Part shown: piece by piece, positions 48,708-61,276 of the stretch
Layout: each line of letters begins with the position of its first letter
How positions within the stretch are numbered: position 1 is the first letter of the stretch
Source: Rhodocyclaceae bacterium
Lineage (GTDB): Bacteria; Pseudomonadota; Gammaproteobacteria; Burkholderiales; Rhodocyclaceae
Length of the DNA: 64,000 nt
Direction of reading: 5' to 3'
Assembly: GCA_011391215.1 (NCBI GenBank)
Contig: JAABQX010000016.1
Location: forward strand, 12,201-76,200
The notes under the pieces: generated by a model
Seen by the model: only the letters and a program-made list of their open reading frames with translations
Databases searched by the model: none
Told to the model about the DNA's origin: nothing
Translations under genes and position numbers: made by a program

Positions 48708-49751
48708 TCAGCGAATGACGGTCTGTTCCTGACCCGCCTGCCGCGCCTCAATGCGGCCCAGCATGTACACCGTTTCGCCCGTCGCGGTCAGCAATTCCGT
48801 TGCCTTCGCCCCATCCGCCTGCGCCAAGACCACCACCATGCCGATACCGCAGTTGAAAACGCGGTGCATTTCTTCGTCGGCGACATTGCCTTCCGCCTGC
48901 AGCCACTGGAACAGCGGCGGCAGCGTCCAGGCCGACTTGTCAAGCACGGCAGTCACCTTGTCGGGCAGCACGCGCGGCACGTTGCCGGTAATGCCGCCAC
49001 CGGTAATGTGCGCCATGCCTTTCACCGTCACGGACTCCATGAGCTTGAGCATCGACTTGACGTAGATGCGCGTCGGCGCAATCAGCGCATCGGCGAACGG
49101 ACGGCCATGGAAATCGGCTGCCAGATCAGGCTTGGCGCGCTCGACGATGCGGCGGATCAGGGAGTAACCGTTGGAATGCGCACCGGAGGATGCCAACCCC
49201 AGCACCACATCACCCGGGACGATGGACTTGCCGTCAATGATTTTCGATTTCTCGACCGCGCCGACGGCGAAGCCTGCCAGGTCGTACTCACCGGCCGGAT
49301 ACATGTCGGGCATTTCGGCGGTTTCACCCCCGATCAGCGCGCAACCGGACAGTTCGCAACCCTTGGCGATACCTTCGATCACCGTCGCCGCCGTGCCTAT
49401 ATCGAGCTTCCCGCAGGCAAAATAATCCAGGAAAAACAGGGGTTCGGCACCCTGCACGAGGATGTCATTCACGCTCATCGCCACCAGATCCTGTCCCACG
49501 GTGTCGTGGCGGTTCAGCTGGAAGGCCAGCTTTAGTTTGGTGCCCACGCCATCCGTACCAGAAACCAGCACCGGCTCGCGATATTTTTTCGAGATTTCGA
49601 ACAAGGCGCCGAAACCACCAATGCCGCCCAGCACTTCAGGGCGCATGGTGCGCTTGGCGGCAGGTTTGATGCGCTCGACCAGCGCGTCGCCGGCATCAAT
49701 ATCGACACCCGCATCACGGTAAGTCATGGAAGAAGATGAAGGTGTGTTCAT
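48708..49751 (-). CDS. purM: Phosphoribosylformylglycinamidine cyclo-ligase
   Basis: [37 protein letters not shown]. Confidence 0.97.
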   Translation of the reverse strand: MNTPSSSSMTYRDAGVDIDAGDALVERIKPAAKRTMRPEVLGGIGGFGALFEISKKYREPVLVSGTDGVGTKLKLAFQLNRHDTVGQDLVAMSVNDILVQGAEPLFFLDYFACGKLDIGTAATVIEGIAKGCELSGCALIGGETAEMPDMYPAGEYDLAGFAVGAVEKSKIIDGKSIVPGDVVLGLASSGAHSNGYSLIRRIVERAKPDLAADFHGRPFADALIAPTRIYVKSMLKLMESVTVKGMAHITGGGITGNVPRVLPDKVTAVLDKSAWTLPPLFQWLQAEGNVADEEMHRVFNCGIGMVVVLAQADGAKATELLTATGETVYMLGRIEARQAGQEQTVIR

Positions 49752-49849
49752 AGTCAAAACCCGGCCGAAGATGAGGATTTGCGGCGATAATTACGAAAAA
49801 TAAGCGCACTGCGCCGTATTCAGAGGCGCGAATTTTACCGGAATTACCC

Positions 49850-50557
49850 TTGCCTACCCCCTTGACTCAACTGCTGCTCGACCTTCAGCCTGCCCAGGCG
49901 CCCAGCCTCGACAACTTTATCGCCGGCGACAACCAGGAACTGCTGGTTCGACTGCGCGCCCTCGCCGAACCAGGCTGTTTCGACATGATTTACCTCTGGG
50001 GACCGGACGGTAACGGCAAAAGCCACCTGCTGACAGCGACCGCCAATCTTGTGCTACGACGCCGCCCGGCGCTGCTGCTGACCAACCCGTCCGCCACCGA
50101 CCTTTCCGCGCCCCCGGGCGGACTGTTGATCGTCGATGAGGTCGATACGCTTGACGATGCTGCGCAGATTGCCCTGTTTCGCATTTTCAACACCGCGCGA
50201 CTGCTCGGTCTGGGCCTCCTGCTGGCCGGGCGCAAGCCGCCGCTCAAACTCAAGCTGCGCGAGGATCTGCGCACGCGCATCGGCCAGGCGCTGATCTACG
50301 AAGTCAAGACCTTGAACGATGAACAGAAGGCGACGGCCTTGCGCCGTCACGCGCTGGAACGTGGCTTCCGTGTCGATGACGGGCTGGTGCGTTACCTGCT
50401 CAGTCATGGCCGGCGCGACCTGCCCTCGCTGATGGCCGTGCTTGACCACCTCGACCGCGCCACGCTGGAGCGCCAACGCCCCGCAACCTTGCCGCTACTC
50501 AAGGAAGCCCTGCAACTCCAACTCGTCCCGACAGAAAATGAACCTGGCCCTATTTGA
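49850..50557 (+). CDS. hda: DnaA regulatory inactivator Hda
   Basis: QLLLDL, LDNFIAG, GKSHLL, DLRTR; divergent from purM. Confidence 0.88.
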   Translation: MPTPLTQLLLDLQPAQAPSLDNFIAGDNQELLVRLRALAEPGCFDMIYLWGPDGNGKSHLLTATANLVLRRRPALLLTNPSATDLSAPPGGLLIVDEVDTLDDAAQIALFRIFNTARLLGLGLLLAGRKPPLKLKLREDLRTRIGQALIYEVKTLNDEQKATALRRHALERGFRVDDGLVRYLLSHGRRDLPSLMAVLDHLDRATLERQRPATLPLLKEALQLQLVPTENEPGPI

Positions 50558-51224
50558 TCTCGACAACACCCTGCTCGCTGGCGATTCCGACTTCGAGTGG
50601 GCGCAATACCTCATCGCCAAAGGCGTGCTCGACCGCGAGGTGCATGAGGCAAAAAACCAGGCCTTCTACGATGCTTACAAGGCCGGCACTCTGGACATTC
50701 ATGCCTTCCTTGAATTCCAGCTCGCGCCCTTGGCGCGCCACGCACGCGCCGAGCTCGATGTCTGGCACCGCGAATTCATGGAAACGCACATTCGGCCCGT
50801 GATCGGCACGGCAGCACGCACGCTGGTCGAGCGCCACCTGTCCGCCGGTGATCTTTGCGCCATCGTCACGGCGACCAACAGTTTCGTCACCGGACCGATC
50901 TGCCGCGAGTTCGGCATTTCCCACCTCATCGCCACCATTCCCGCGCATGAGGGCGGCCACTTCACCGGCGCACCGCGCGGCCTGCCGGCGTTCCGCGAAG
51001 GCAAGATCACCCGTGTCGAGGCCTGGCTCGAATCGCTCGGCCTGTGGTGGGGCAGCTTTGAGCAAAGCAGTTTTTACAGCGATTCCCTCAACGACCTGCC
51101 TTTACTGGCCAAGGTCAGCCATCCGATCGCCGTCGATCCCGACGACACCCTGCGCGCTCATGCCAGCCAACACGGCTGGCCGATCCTCAGCCTTCGGGTA
51201 TATGATGCTTCCGCCCAAAAATAA
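50538..51224 (+). CDS. HAD-family hydrolase (subfamily IB)
   Basis: FDLDNTL, TAT, YSDSLND. Confidence 0.92.
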   Translation: MNLALFDLDNTLLAGDSDFEWAQYLIAKGVLDREVHEAKNQAFYDAYKAGTLDIHAFLEFQLAPLARHARAELDVWHREFMETHIRPVIGTAARTLVERHLSAGDLCAIVTATNSFVTGPICREFGISHLIATIPAHEGGHFTGAPRGLPAFREGKITRVEAWLESLGLWWGSFEQSSFYSDSLNDLPLLAKVSHPIAVDPDDTLRAHASQHGWPILSLRVYDASAQK

Positions 51225-51238
51225 ATGACAATAACCGC

Positions 51239-52597
51239 ATGATCCGCAAGCTGCTGCGCCGCGTCTTCAAACGCGGCGAACCCACCCCCCATAAAGTTGA
51301 AACCATCGGCCCCGACCAGCATGGCATCCGCGTCGAAGGCGTCTCGCCTGGTGCGCGCCGCACCTGCATCACCTTGCAGGAGGCGGGGCACCGTGCCTTC
51401 GTGGTCGGCGGTGCGGTACGCGACCTGATCGCCGGCATCACGCCCAAGGATTACGACATCGCCACCGATGCCACGCCCGATCAGGTGCGCCATCTGTTTC
51501 GCCGTTCCCGCATCATCGGCCGGCGCTTCCAGATCGTGCATGTCATGCAGGGCGCCGAGACGCTGGAAGTTTCGACCTTCCGTGCCGCGCACGACGAGGA
51601 CACGCTGAAGGACGAGCACGGCCGTGTGTTGCGCGACAACGTCTGGGGCAACATGGAAGAAGATGCGGCGCGGCGCGATTTCACCGTCAATGCACTCTAT
51701 TACGACCCGAGCAATGGCAAGATATTCGACTACCACCACGGTGTGCGCGACCTGCAACGCAAGACGCTGCGCATGATCGGTGACCCGCGTGCGCGCTATC
51801 GCGAAGACCCCGTGCGCATGCTGCGTGCCGTGCGTCTCGCGGCCAAGCTCGACCTACGTCTCGACCCGCTGGTGCAAGCACCGATCCGCGAGATGGCCGA
51901 ATTGATCGACAACGTGCCGGCGGCGCGCCTCTTCGACGAAATGCTCAAGCTGCTGTTTTCCGGTCACGCGGTCGAATGCGTCCGACGCTTGCGCGAAGAC
52001 GGCCTGCACCACGGCCTGCTACCGCTGCTCGACGTCATTCTCGAGCAACCCCTGGGCGAAAAATTCGTCATGCTGGCGCTGGCGGATACGGACAAACGCA
52101 TCCAGGCCGGCAAGCGCACCTCGCCGGGCTTCCTGTTCGCTACCTTGCTGTGGCACGAAGTGCTGGCCAACTGGGAAACGCGCAAGAAGAACGGGGAGAC
52201 GCCCATCCCCGCGCTGCATGCCGCGATGGACGAAGTGCTCGACACGCAGGGCGAAAAACTAGCCATCACGCGGCGTATCGCCGGCGATATCAAGGACATC
52301 TGGCTGCTGCAGCCGCGTTTCGAAAAACGCAGCGGCCGCGCCCCTTTCCGCCTCGTCGAACAGCAGCGCTTCCGCGCCGCCTGGGACTTCCTGCACCTGC
52401 GCGCACAAAGTGGCGAAGCGCCACAGGAACTCTCCGACTGGTGGCTGGCCTTTCAGGAAGCCGGCAACGCTGAACGCGAAGAAATGCTCAAGCCCGACAC
52501 GACACCGAAAAAACGTCGCCGCAGTCGCGGCAGCCGGGGAGGCAAAGCCGGCGAAGAGGCTGCCGCCGTCCCGCCAGCGCCGACTTTTACGGACTGA
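51239..52597 (+). CDS. pcnB: Poly(A) polymerase
   Basis: VGGAVRD, DYDIAT, IIGRRF, RRDFTVNAL, EDPVRMLRA. Confidence 0.95.
   Translation: MIRKLLRRVFKRGEPTPHKVETIGPDQHGIRVEGVSPGARRTCITLQEAGHRAFVVGGAVRDLIAGITPKDYDIATDATPDQVRHLFRRSRIIGRRFQIVHVMQGAETLEVSTFRAAHDEDTLKDEHGRVLRDNVWGNMEEDAARRDFTVNALYYDPSNGKIFDYHHGVRDLQRKTLRMIGDPRARYREDPVRMLRAVRLAAKLDLRLDPLVQAPIREMAELIDNVPAARLFDEMLKLLFSGHAVECVRRLREDGLHHGLLPLLDVILEQPLGEKFVMLALADTDKRIQAGKRTSPGFLFATLLWHEVLANWETRKKNGETPIPALHAAMDEVLDTQGEKLAITRRIAGDIKDIWLLQPRFEKRSGRAPFRLVEQQRFRAAWDFLHLRAQSGEAPQELSDWWLAFQEAGNAEREEMLKPDTTPKKRRRSRGSRGGKAGEEAAAVPPAPTFTD
52565..52588 (+). repeat. Dispersed 24-bp motif copy at the pcnB 3' end
   Basis: gccgtcccgccagcgccgactttt (AVPPAPTF). 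Confidence 0.9.
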
Positions 52598-52616
52598 GCA
52601 GAACTCATCCTACCGC

Positions 52617-53120
52617 ATGGCCATGTTGGCTCCCGTCACCGCCTATGTCGCGCTAGGCGCCAACCTCGGCGACCCGGTAGAGACAGTGCGCGCGGCTATC
52701 GAGGCTTTACGGGAAATCGCTGGGGCAAATCTCATCGCCGTTTCATCGCTGTATCGAACCGCGCCGGTGGGCTTGCGCGACCAACCCGACTTCATCAATG
52801 CTGTCGCCGCACTTGATGTTGATGGAGCCGTCCTGCCGGCGCCGACTTTTCTCGCCAGGCTGTTTGACATCGAGGCCGCCTTTGGTCGCGTCCGTAGTGT
52901 CAAGAATGCGCCACGCACGCTGGATCTCGATTTGCTGCTGTTCGGTACCGAGCGCTCCGCGACATCGAGCCTGACGCTGCCGCATCCGCGCATGGCCGAA
53001 CGTGCCTTCGTTCTCGCACCACTCGCCGAAATCGCACCGGAACTCGCCATTCCCGGCTGGGGTCTGCTCACCGACCTGCTGGGCAAGGTCTCCCGGCAGC
53101 GCATTGAAAGGTTGCCGTAA
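52617..53120 (+). CDS. folK: 2-amino-4-hydroxy-6-hydroxymethyldihydropteridine diphosphokinase
   Basis: ALGANLG, QPDFINAV, PRTLDLDLL, LPHPRM.ERAFVL. Confidence 0.95.
   Translation: MAMLAPVTAYVALGANLGDPVETVRAAIEALREIAGANLIAVSSLYRTAPVGLRDQPDFINAVAALDVDGAVLPAPTFLARLFDIEAAFGRVRSVKNAPRTLDLDLLLFGTERSATSSLTLPHPRMAERAFVLAPLAEIAPELAIPGWGLLTDLLGKVSRQRIERLP
52827..52850 (+). repeat. Dispersed 24-bp motif copy inside folK
   Basis: gccgtcctgccggcgccgactttt (AVLPAPTF). Confidence 0.9.
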
Positions 53121-53173
53121 GCAGAGCCGGTGTATCCTAATCTTCCCGGCAAACACCATTCGTACTTTGTACC

Positions 53174-53989
53174 ATGACTTATCTGGCCTCCAACAAGCCG
53201 ATCACGCTGCCCGAACTTGCGCGCATGAAGCACGAGGGCGAAAAGATTGCCATGCTGACCGGTTACGACGCCAGCTTCGCCGCGCTCGAAGATCGTTGTG
53301 GCGTCGATGTGATCCTCGTCGGCGACTCGCTCGGCAACGTGCTGCAGGGTAAGACCTCGACGCTGCCGGTGACGATGGAGCACATGGTCTATCACACCGA
53401 GTGCGTCGGCCACATGGCGCAGCGGGCGATGTGCCTCGCCGACATGCCCTTCGGCGCCTACCACGAGTCGAAAGAGCAGGCGATCCGCAATGCCGGACGA
53501 TTGCTGGCGGCTGGCGCCGAGATGGTCAAGCTCGAAGGCGGCGCGGTAATGGCCGAGACGGTGCATTTTCTGGTCGAACGCGGCGTGCCGGTCTGCGCCC
53601 ACATCGGCCTCACTCCGCAGTCGGTGCATGCACTCGGCGGTTATCGGGTTCAAGGCCGCGATGAAGCCGGCGCGGCGCGCATGAAAGCCGATGCGCGCGC
53701 CCTCGAAGAGGCCGGTGCGGCAATGATGGTGCTGGAAATGGTGCCGGCGCCACTCGCTGCCGAGATCACCCGCGAACTCAAGGTCTGCGCCACCATCGGC
53801 ATCGGCGCCGGCAAGGAATGTAACGGCCAGGTGCTGGTACTGCACGACATGCTGGGCATCTATCCGGGCAAGAAGGGCCGCTTCGTCAGGGATTTCATGG
53901 CGACCGCGCAAAGCATCGAGGGCGCTGTGCAGGCCTACGTCGCGGCCGTCAAGGACGGTTCGTTCCCTGCCCCGGAGCATTGCTACTGA
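53174..53989 (+). CDS. panB: 3-methyl-2-oxobutanoate hydroxymethyltransferase
   Basis: LVGDSLG, ADMPF, VKLEGG, HIGLTPQ. Confidence 0.97.
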   Translation: MTYLASNKPITLPELARMKHEGEKIAMLTGYDASFAALEDRCGVDVILVGDSLGNVLQGKTSTLPVTMEHMVYHTECVGHMAQRAMCLADMPFGAYHESKEQAIRNAGRLLAAGAEMVKLEGGAVMAETVHFLVERGVPVCAHIGLTPQSVHALGGYRVQGRDEAGAARMKADARALEEAGAAMMVLEMVPAPLAAEITRELKVCATIGIGAGKECNGQVLVLHDMLGIYPGKKGRFVRDFMATAQSIEGAVQAYVAAVKDGSFPAPEHCY

Positions 53990-54834
53990 TGCAGATCCAT
54001 CACACCATCGCTGCCATCCGGAAGGCGCTTGCCGAAGTTCGCCACAATACCGGGCGGATCGTTTTCGTACCGACCATGGGCAATCTTCACGAGGGTCACA
54101 TCGCCCTGATGCGCCAGGCGCGTCACCATGGTGATTGCGTCGTCGCCTCGATCTTCGTCAATCGCCTGCAATTCCGGCCGGGCGAGGACTTCGAGAAGTA
54201 TCCGCGCACCTTTGCGGCAGATTGCGAAAAGCTCGTTGCCGCTGGCGTCGACTACTTGTTCGCGCCCAGCGAAGAAGAGCTTTATCCGGAACCGCAACGT
54301 TACGTCATCGAACCGCCGGTCGATCACGCCAACATTCTTGAAGGCGAATTCCGTCCGGGACATTTTCGTGGTGTCGCCACGGTGGTGATGAAACTGTTTG
54401 CCATCGTTCAGCCACAAGCAGCCCTGTTCGGCAAGAAGGATTTCCAGCAGTTCATGGTGCTCTCGGCGATGGTGCGCGAGTTCGCCTTGGCCGTCGATGT
54501 CATTCCCGGTGAGACGGTCCGCGCTGCCGACGGACTGGCGTTGTCTTCGCGCAACGGCTTTTTGTCATCCGTTGAACGCGCCGAGGCGCCCCGCCTGCAT
54601 CGCCTACTCAGCCAGATCGTGACTGCCGTGCGCACAGGCAATCATGACTACACCAGCCTCACAGCGGCGGCAGAGGCCGAACTGCAGGCCAGCGGCTGGC
54701 TGCCAGATTATGTTGCGGTGCGGCGAAAGTTCGATTTACAATCGCCAGCGGCGCAGGAACCGGCAGACACACTCGTTGTCCTCGCCGCAGCGCGCTTGGG
54801 TAGTACCCGCCTCATCGATAATCTGGAAGTCTAA
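53989..54834 (+). CDS. panC: Pantoate--beta-alanine ligase
   Basis: [37 protein letters not shown]. Confidence 0.97.
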   Translation: MQIHHTIAAIRKALAEVRHNTGRIVFVPTMGNLHEGHIALMRQARHHGDCVVASIFVNRLQFRPGEDFEKYPRTFAADCEKLVAAGVDYLFAPSEEELYPEPQRYVIEPPVDHANILEGEFRPGHFRGVATVVMKLFAIVQPQAALFGKKDFQQFMVLSAMVREFALAVDVIPGETVRAADGLALSSRNGFLSSVERAEAPRLHRLLSQIVTAVRTGNHDYTSLTAAAEAELQASGWLPDYVAVRRKFDLQSPAAQEPADTLVVLAAARLGSTRLIDNLEV

Positions 54835-54874
54835 AACAATACCTTTCAACCCCAACCAGCAACGGAGAGCGTCC

Positions 54875-55258
54875 ATGCAACGCACCATGTTGAAGTCAAA
54901 ACTGCACCGCGTTACCGTCACCCAGGCCGAACTCCACTATGAGGGTTCCTGTGCCATCGACGAACACCTGATGGATGCTGCCGACATTCGCGAGTACCAG
55001 CAGATCGAACTCTACAACGTCACCAACGGTGAACGTTTCAGCACCTACGCCATCCGCGCAGAACGCGGTTCCGGTACGATTTCCATCAATGGCGCCGCTG
55101 CCCGCAAGGCTGCCGCCGGAGATCTGCTGATTATCTGCACCTATGCCGCCTTCAGCGAAATCGAACTGGCCAAGCACGCGCCCGAGCTAATCTATGTCGA
55201 CGCGAAGAACCGCATCACGCATCGTAGCCAGGGCATACCGATTCAGGCTGCAGCCTAA
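54875..55258 (+). CDS. panD: Aspartate 1-decarboxylase
   Basis: [24 protein letters not shown]. Confidence 0.97.
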   Translation: MQRTMLKSKLHRVTVTQAELHYEGSCAIDEHLMDAADIREYQQIELYNVTNGERFSTYAIRAERGSGTISINGAAARKAAAGDLLIICTYAAFSEIELAKHAPELIYVDAKNRITHRSQGIPIQAAA

Positions 55259-55349
55259 GTAAAAGCCTGTTGCGCAACGTGCTTGCCGCCAAAGCCCTTT
55301 TTTCTGCTAGGATTTCGACCTCAAATTCGCCCGCCAAAAGAGAAACCCC

Positions 55350-55676
55350 ATGACCCAACATATCCAATACGTCACCGACAGCAGCTTCAAGAGCGACGTT
55401 CTGGAATCCGCCGTCCCTGTTCTGGTCGATTACTGGGCCGAATGGTGCGGCCCCTGCAAGATGATTGCCCCGATCCTCGACGAAGTTGCCAAAGATTATG
55501 GCGGCCGCCTCAAGGTTGCCAAGCTGAATATCGACGAGAACCCCAAGACTCCCGGTGAGTATGGCATTCGCGGCATTCCGACGCTGATCCTGTTCAAGGG
55601 CGGCAACGTTGAAGCCACCAAGGTCGGCGCACTCTCCAAGTCACAATTGACCGCCTTTATTGACAGCAACCTCTGA
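55350..55676 (+). CDS. trxA: Thioredoxin
   Basis: WCGPCK; upstream of rho. Confidence 0.97.
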   Translation: MTQHIQYVTDSSFKSDVLESAVPVLVDYWAEWCGPCKMIAPILDEVAKDYGGRLKVAKLNIDENPKTPGEYGIRGIPTLILFKGGNVEATKVGALSKSQLTAFIDSNL

Positions 55677-55745
55677 TCCCTTTACATTCCGTCTGAGATC
55701 TCGCCCTTCGGGATTTCAAGCGCGGGGCGACTGATACACTTCCGC

Positions 55746-55775
55746 CCCGCTGCAATACCCCCCGCTGCAATACCC
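55746..55775 (+). repeat. 15-bp tandem duplication in the C-rich rho leader
   Basis: cccgctgcaataccc x2. Confidence 0.8.
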
Positions 55776-55833
55776 CCTCCGCATCACCCTTCTCTCCCGG
55801 CGCCCTTTGTTTGCGCCTCCCCGGGCTTAAGCC

Positions 55834-57093
<1,260 letters not shown>

Positions 57094-57197
57094 CAGTTCA
57101 TTATCGTCAGATCGGTTGATATTTTTATTGTTTTTCAGGATAATGCTTGGCTTTCCGCACTACCGAAGCGGGCATTTCCGGATTTAAGGACAAGAAC

Positions 57198-57419
57198 ATG
57201 AAAGAAGGCATCCACCCGAAGTACAACGAGATCGAGGTAACTTGCAGCTGCGGCAACAAGTTCCAGACCCGCTCGACCAACAGCAAGCCGTTGCATATCG
57301 AAGTTTGTTCGGCCTGCCACCCGTTCTATACCGGCAAGCAGAAGATCGTCGACACGGCCGGCCGCGTCGAGCGCTTCCGCCAGAAATACAAGCGTCCCGC
57401 CGCTGCCGCTACTGCCTGA
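57198..57419 (+). CDS. rpmE: 50S ribosomal protein L31 (Zn-binding type)
   Basis: [23 protein letters not shown]. Confidence 0.97.
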   Translation: MKEGIHPKYNEIEVTCSCGNKFQTRSTNSKPLHIEVCSACHPFYTGKQKIVDTAGRVERFRQKYKRPAAAATA

Positions 57420-57468
57420 CCGGATAGGGAAGTAATGCACAGGGGCGGCAGAGGCCGCCAACTGTCAT

Positions 57469-57490
57469 AAGGCAGCTTCGGCTGCCTTTT
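57469..57490 (+). terminator. Intrinsic terminator after rpmE
   Basis: aaggcagc-ttcg-gctgcctttt. Confidence 0.85.
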
Positions 57491-57508
57491 CTTTTTCCGC
57501 TACCTGCC

Positions 57509-59086
57509 ATGATTTACGGCTCATACCAGGACAACTCGCCGCGCTTGCCCACGCTTGCGCTGTTTTTGCTGGCGGGCGTTTATCTGCTGGCGGGCATCAC
57601 CGGCCATGATCCATGGAAGAACGAGGATGCCGTGCATATCGGCATCGCTCACGATTTTCTGGCCCACGGCAACTGGTTCTTCCCGCGCGTCGCCGGCGAA
57701 CCCTGGCCCCACACCGCTCCCTTGTATCACTGGGTCGCAGCACTCCTGGGCTACCTCCTGGGTGGCCTGCTCGAGTTTCACAATGCCGCGCGCCTGGCCA
57801 CCGCGTTGTTCGGCGCCTTGTTTTTCATCTCACTGGCGGGCGCGGCCCGTGCGTTCTTCGGCGCAACAGCCGGACGCTCTGCACCCCTGCTGGCAATGGG
57901 AACACTTGGACTGTTGTTGCCGATCCACGATGCCCAACCGGCCATCGCCGGGCTCGCTTTCGCCGCGCTGGCCTATTGGGGCGGCGGACTGATCCTACTA
58001 GGAAAAGCGCATGGTGCGCTGTTGCTCGGCGTCGGCCTCGGCCTGGCTTTTCCCGCCCACGGCCTGGTCGGCCTGCTCATGGCCAGCGCCGTCCTGCCGG
58101 CGCCGATTTTTCGGCGTGACTGGAAGAGCCTGGGACTGGCGCTCGCCATCGCCCTCCCCCTGATAGCCGCCTGGCCGCTCCTGGTGGCCAGCCGCTCGCC
58201 GGGATTGTTGGCAGAATGGTGGCAAAACGAGATCGCCGAAGCCACGATCACGCGCGGCCTTCCGGATGTACGCCACATCGAGCAACTGATCTGGGCCGCA
58301 TGGCCGGTCTTGCCGTTGGCGGTCCTGGGTTTCTGGACGTACCGTCACCGGGTAAACAAACTGGCACTGCCATTGCTCGGCGCCGTCCTCACGCTGCTGT
58401 GGTATCTCACCGGATCGTCGCGCGCCCTGGGAGTTCTACCCCTGTTGCTGCCGCTCACCCTGATCGCCACGGCGGGCATCGAGCACATGCGCCGAGGCGC
58501 AGCGAATGCCTTCGATTGGTTCGGCGTCATCACCTTCACTTTCTTCTCCGGGCTGCTCTGGCTCGGCGCCAGCGCCCAGGCGTTCGGTTGGCCGCCGACG
58601 ATTGCCAATAACTTCAGGAAACTGGCGCCGGGACACGAACTGCACTACCCGGCCATCGCCCTGATATTTGCCGCCCTGCTCTCTGTCGCCTGGGTACTGT
58701 CCTGGCGTTTGCCGCGCGCTACCTGGCGTGCCAGCCTGCACTGGGCAGCCGGCACAACGCTGATGTGGGTGCTGGCGGCAATTCTCTTGCTACCCTGGTT
58801 CGACCATGCCAAGTCGTACCGCCCGGTCGTGCAGTCATTGAGCGCAGCCCTGCCCCCGGACGTCAACTGCATCGAACGCAGCAAACTCAATTCCGGGCAA
58901 CTTGCCGCGCTCGACTATTTTTCCGGCATCCGCACCCGGCCGGCAGCACCGGGAAGGAAATGCGCTTTTCGTCTCACTGAGGACGATAAAAACCGGAAAC
59001 CCCCGGTCGGCTGGACCGAACGCTGGCGAGGCCATCGCCCCGGCGACCGCGACGTGCGCTGGTATCTCGACCAGCGCAACGAATAA
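57509..59086 (+). CDS. ArnT-like membrane glycosyltransferase
   Basis: GHDPWKNEDA, PLYHW, many TM, RRGAANAFDWF, KSYR. Confidence 0.75.
   Translation: MIYGSYQDNSPRLPTLALFLLAGVYLLAGITGHDPWKNEDAVHIGIAHDFLAHGNWFFPRVAGEPWPHTAPLYHWVAALLGYLLGGLLEFHNAARLATALFGALFFISLAGAARAFFGATAGRSAPLLAMGTLGLLLPIHDAQPAIAGLAFAALAYWGGGLILLGKAHGALLLGVGLGLAFPAHGLVGLLMASAVLPAPIFRRDWKSLGLALAIALPLIAAWPLLVASRSPGLLAEWWQNEIAEATITRGLPDVRHIEQLIWAAWPVLPLAVLGFWTYRHRVNKLALPLLGAVLTLLWYLTGSSRALGVLPLLLPLTLIATAGIEHMRRGAANAFDWFGVITFTFFSGLLWLGASAQAFGWPPTIANNFRKLAPGHELHYPAIALIFAALLSVAWVLSWRLPRATWRASLHWAAGTTLMWVLAAILLLPWFDHAKSYRPVVQSLSAALPPDVNCIERSKLNSGQLAALDYFSGIRTRPAAPGRKCAFRLTEDDKNRKPPVGWTERWRGHRPGDRDVRWYLDQRNE
58088..58111 (+). repeat. 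Dispersed 24-bp motif copy inside the ArnT-like gene
   Basis: gccgtcctgccggcgccgattttt (AVLPAPIF). Confidence 0.82.
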
Positions 59087-59092
59087 ACCGGG

Positions 59093-59638
59093 TTAAACCT
59101 TCAGGAAGTTTGCTCTGTAGTACTTGAGTTCCTCGATGGACTCGTAGATATCGGCGAGGGCTTCGTGCTTGCCACCTTTCTTCACGCCCTTGGCAATCTC
59201 CGGCGTCCAGCGCTTGCACAGTTCCTTCAGCGTCGAGACATCGAGGTTGCGATAGTGAAAGTAGGTCTCGAGTTTCGGCATATAGCGCGCCATGAAGCGC
59301 CGGTCCTGGCAGATCGAATTGCCGCACATCGGCGACTTGCCGTTTGGCACATAACGTTTGAGGAAGTCGAGCGCCTGCGCTTCGACCTCAGCCTCCAGCA
59401 AGACCGATGACTTGACCTTGTCAATCAGACCTGACTTGCCGTGGGTCTTCTTGTTCCAGTCGTCCATGCCATCCAGCACGCTGTCGGGCTGATGCACCGC
59501 CCAGACCGCGCTCTCGGCGATGACTTCAAGCTGTGAATTGGTAATCACCATTGCCAGTTCGATGATGCGATCACGATCCGGCTCGAGTCCCGTCATTTCC
59601 ATGTCGAGCCAGACCAGGGCGGTTTGATCTTGTGCCAT
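59093..59638 (-). CDS. orn: Oligoribonuclease
   Basis: [34 protein letters not shown]. Confidence 0.97.
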   Translation of the reverse strand: MAQDQTALVWLDMEMTGLEPDRDRIIELAMVITNSQLEVIAESAVWAVHQPDSVLDGMDDWNKKTHGKSGLIDKVKSSVLLEAEVEAQALDFLKRYVPNGKSPMCGNSICQDRRFMARYMPKLETYFHYRNLDVSTLKELCKRWTPEIAKGVKKGGKHEALADIYESIEELKYYRANFLKV

Positions 59639-59706
59639 ATAATCCTCATGAATTCCAAGCAGTTAGTTAGCTTGCATTCTGGCACATTTCCCCCATTCTT
59701 AACTCC

Positions 59707-60951
59707 ATGGCTTCGTTCTTCTCCCTTGCATTTCTGGCGATGCTCGCCTTGACCACCGCCTTGCGTGCATGGCTGGCGTGGCGCCAATTGCGCTATGTCA
59801 GCGCCCACCGCGCGACCGTACCCGCAGAATTCACCGAGCGCATCGAGCTTGCCGACCATCAAAAGGCTGCGGACTACACCATCGCCAAAGTACGTCTCGC
59901 TCTCGTCGAATTGGCCACCGATGTCGTGCTCCTGCTGATCTTTACCTTCGGCGGTCTGCTCGCCGGTTTCGACCAGTTCTGGCGCGAGGTGTTCGCCGGC
60001 CCGGGTTACGCCCACGGTCTGGCACTATTCGCCAGCGTCGGCGTTACCGGTTTCATCGTCGGCCTGCCGTTCTCGCTATATCGAACCTTTTCGCTCGAGG
60101 CTCGTTTCGGTTTCAACAAGATGACCCCGGCGTTGTACCTCGCCGATCTCGCCAAGCAATTGCTGCTGACAGTGATGATCGGCGCGCCCCTGTTGCTGGC
60201 CGTATTGTGGTTGATGGGTGCGATGGGCGAACAGTGGTGGTTTTACGTCTGGGCCACCTGGCTCGGCTTCAACCTGCTGGTGCTGCTGCTTTACCCGACC
60301 TTTATCGCGCCACTCTTCAACAAATTTACCCCGCTGGCCGATGGCGAGATGAAGACACACATCGAGGCCTTGCTGGCGCGCTGCGGATTTTCCAGCTCCG
60401 GTCTGTTCGTCATGGACGGCTCAAAACGCTCTGCGCATGGCAATGCCTATTTCACCGGCTTCGGCCGTGCCAAGCGCATCGTTTTCTTCGACACCCTGCT
60501 CGACAAACTCGCTCCCGGTGAAGTTGAAGCGGTGCTGGCCCATGAACTCGGGCACTTCAAACATCGCCATGTCTGGAAGCGCATTGGCGTGATGGCGGCA
60601 CTGTCGCTCGCCCTGCTCTGGCTGCTCGGGCAGTTGATCGATCAGCCGTGGTTCTACGCGGGATTGAATGTTGAAACTGGCAGCACAGCCATGGCCCTGA
60701 TCCTGTTTTCACTGGTGCTGCCGGTTTTCGCTTTCCCCTTCGGGCCGCTGATGTCCTGGCTGTCGCGCCGCCACGAATTCGAGGCCGATGCCTATGCCGC
60801 CCAGCAGGCCAGTGGTAGTGCGTTGATTACCGCACTGGTCAAGCTCTACCGCGAGAATGCGGCGACGCTGACGCCCGACCCGCTGCACTCACTGTTCTAC
60901 GATTCGCACCCACCCGCCAGCCAGCGCATTGCCCATCTCAAGTCCGCCTGA
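59707..60951 (+). CDS. M48 (Ste24-like) metallopeptidase
   Basis: DGSKRS.HGNAYFTG, AHELGH, EFEAD, SHPP. Confidence 0.93.
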   Translation: MASFFSLAFLAMLALTTALRAWLAWRQLRYVSAHRATVPAEFTERIELADHQKAADYTIAKVRLALVELATDVVLLLIFTFGGLLAGFDQFWREVFAGPGYAHGLALFASVGVTGFIVGLPFSLYRTFSLEARFGFNKMTPALYLADLAKQLLLTVMIGAPLLLAVLWLMGAMGEQWWFYVWATWLGFNLLVLLLYPTFIAPLFNKFTPLADGEMKTHIEALLARCGFSSSGLFVMDGSKRSAHGNAYFTGFGRAKRIVFFDTLLDKLAPGEVEAVLAHELGHFKHRHVWKRIGVMAALSLALLWLLGQLIDQPWFYAGLNVETGSTAMALILFSLVLPVFAFPFGPLMSWLSRRHEFEADAYAAQQASGSALITALVKLYRENAATLTPDPLHSLFYDSHPPASQRIAHLKSA

Positions 60952-60963
60952 AAGGAGTCACGC

Positions 60964-61275
60964 ATGAACGTCCGCACATTCACACTCTCCAGCGCATTTC
61001 TCGCCGTCCTGGCAGCGCCGACTTTTGCCGCCGACAAAGTCGACGTCAATGCCGGCAAGACCCTGCATGACCAGCAGTGCAAGGCTTGTCATGTGCAACG
61101 CTGGGGCGGCGACGGCAGCGCCGTGTATACCCGTCCGGACCGCAAGATCAAGGATGCCAAAGCCCTGGGCCAACGCGTCGCCATGTGCAGCACGCAAACC
61201 AGCGCCAAGTTTTTCCCGGAGGACGAAGCCAACGTCTCGGCCTACTTGGCGCAGCAGTTCTACAAGTTCAAGTGA
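60964..61275 (+). CDS. Small monoheme cytochrome c
   Basis: Signal peptide, CKACH, YTRPDRK. Confidence 0.85.
   Translation: MNVRTFTLSSAFLAVLAAPTFAADKVDVNAGKTLHDQQCKACHVQRWGGDGSAVYTRPDRKIKDAKALGQRVAMCSTQTSAKFFPEDEANVSAYLAQQFYKFK
61003..61026 (+). repeat. Dispersed 24-bp motif copy in a signal-peptide coding region
   Basis: gccgtcctggcagcgccgactttt (AVLAAPTF). Confidence 0.88.
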
Positions 61276-61276
61276 C

